DNA of 38,126 nucleotides from a virus (taxonomy: Duplodnaviria; Caudoviricetes), in the IMG/VR virus record IMGVR_UViG_3300038520_000467, positions 1 through 38,126 of that record; one strand, 5' to 3'. The position numbers and the translations under genes were made by a program. Of this stretch, positions 37,348 through 38,126 are shown one piece after another (position 1 is the first letter of the stretch; each line of letters begins with the position of its first letter). Under the pieces are notes generated by a model. That model was not told the origin of the DNA. It searched no databases and saw only the letters and a program-made list of their open reading frames with translations.

Positions 37348-38126
37348 ATGGCTGATGAAATTCTAAACAGAATTGAAAAGCACATGGAAGGTACGTCATT
37401 AGGTTTGGCGGCTCTTGCAGAAGTGCTACAAAAAATGGATGGAAGAATGGAAGCAGATGATGCTTATGCACTTGAAAAAGCAGAGCAAGAGCAGGCAGCT
37501 TATGAACACGCGGCATTAGTAAAGAATATTGCTAAGTCAGTATTAATAGAGCTATCGGACCAAGGTATGGACGTAGACGGTACAGCTATCGAAAACGTAG
37601 GAAAGCCAGACCCGACTAAATCAGCAACTGCAACACCTAACTATATAGGTGATGCTGATGACTCATCTGAAACTATAACTCCAAGGTCTAGTATTGAAGA
37701 CCAACAGGCTTCAATCATGGCTGAAGATAATGATGAAGAAGAAGATGATAACAAAAAAATGGAAAACGCTATGCACCCTAAAGTAGAAAACGCTATGAAG
37801 GATGACAAAGACGAAGAAGATAACGGTGAAATGAAAAAAGCCGACAAAGAAGATAACGAAGACAAAGATATTGAAGAAGCTATGAGTTTGAAAAAACAAC
37901 TAGCAAACCTTCAAAAACAAATTGAAGCCCTAGATATCTCTAAGGCTGTCAAAGCAGAATCCGAGAACAGACTACGAAAAATGGGATTCAAGGAAGAGAA
38001 TGGATTACAAAGACCACAATTGAGCACTAACGTGTTTGGAGCAGATACAGAAACTCCAATCAAGAAGGCTCAAACTGTGAACGATGTAGTCGACCAACTA
38101 ACAAACTTGTCTTACAAAGAACTCAG
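37348..38126 (+). CDS. Probable capsid scaffold protein, truncated by the window end (absent from the ORF track)
   Basis: AAGGAGG + ATG GCT GAT GAA...; MADEILNRIEKHMEG... open to the end; acidic, low-complexity, coiled-coil; downstream of the portal. Confidence 0.65.
   Translation, partial: MADEILNRIEKHMEGTSLGLAALAEVLQKMDGRMEADDAYALEKAEQEQAAYEHAALVKNIAKSVLIELSDQGMDVDGTAIENVGKPDPTKSATATPNYIGDADDSSETITPRSSIEDQQASIMAEDNDEEEDDNKKMENAMHPKVENAMKDDKDEEDNGEMKKADKEDNEDKDIEEAMSLKKQLANLQKQIEALDISKAVKAESENRLRKMGFKEENGLQRPQLSTNVFGADTETPIKKAQTVNDVVDQLTNLSYKEL

Noticed and set aside
567-37899. All minus-strand ORFs in the track, and short nested + ORFs such as 3216, 4385 and 33401
   Set aside because: They lie within or opposite well-supported + strand genes, lack RBSs and have shadow-frame composition
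1-38126. Stop-codon reassignment
   Set aside because: Genes are intact in the standard code and TAA, TAG and TGA all end genes at sensible boundaries
1-38126. Specific host assignment (e.g. marine Chloroflexota)
   Set aside because: Strong SDs, NrdJ and the lack of a visible lysin are only suggestive; phylogeny or spacer matches are needed

Overview
A 38 kb, AT-rich, gene-dense segment of a tailed dsDNA phage genome (Caudoviricetes, siphovirus-like tail). Every supported gene is on the + strand, and the standard genetic code fits. Order: (1) a modular fibre/adhesin cassette (1-6.2 kb); (2) neck, tail tube, tail assembly chaperone with a -1 frameshift, a very short tape measure, Dit and a hub/fibre with an S74 chaperone (6.9-15.9 kb); (3) an HTH/Zn regulator, a phage sigma factor and a replication/recombination block containing DnaB, primase, SSB, PolA, ribosomal protein bS21, DUF3310, MazG-like, RecA, DUF559 and a Cas4-like nuclease (15.9-26.2 kb); (4) two small membrane proteins missed by the ORF track, RuvC, TerS/TerL, class II RNR, portal, a metallophosphoesterase and the start of a probable scaffold protein (26.2-38.1 kb). 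Most notable: a repeated 'hydrophobic C-tail / ~108-aa adaptor / G-N-x-P N-terminus' arrangement suggesting a daisy-chained fibre ending in three beta-helix-like proteins; nine intergenic (T)AGTATAATA promoter motifs; apparent avoidance of GATC and CCWGG visible in codon pairs; and a structured RNA covering the polA ribosome-binding site. All product calls come from motif recognition by eye, with no database search. The host cannot be determined from this window.
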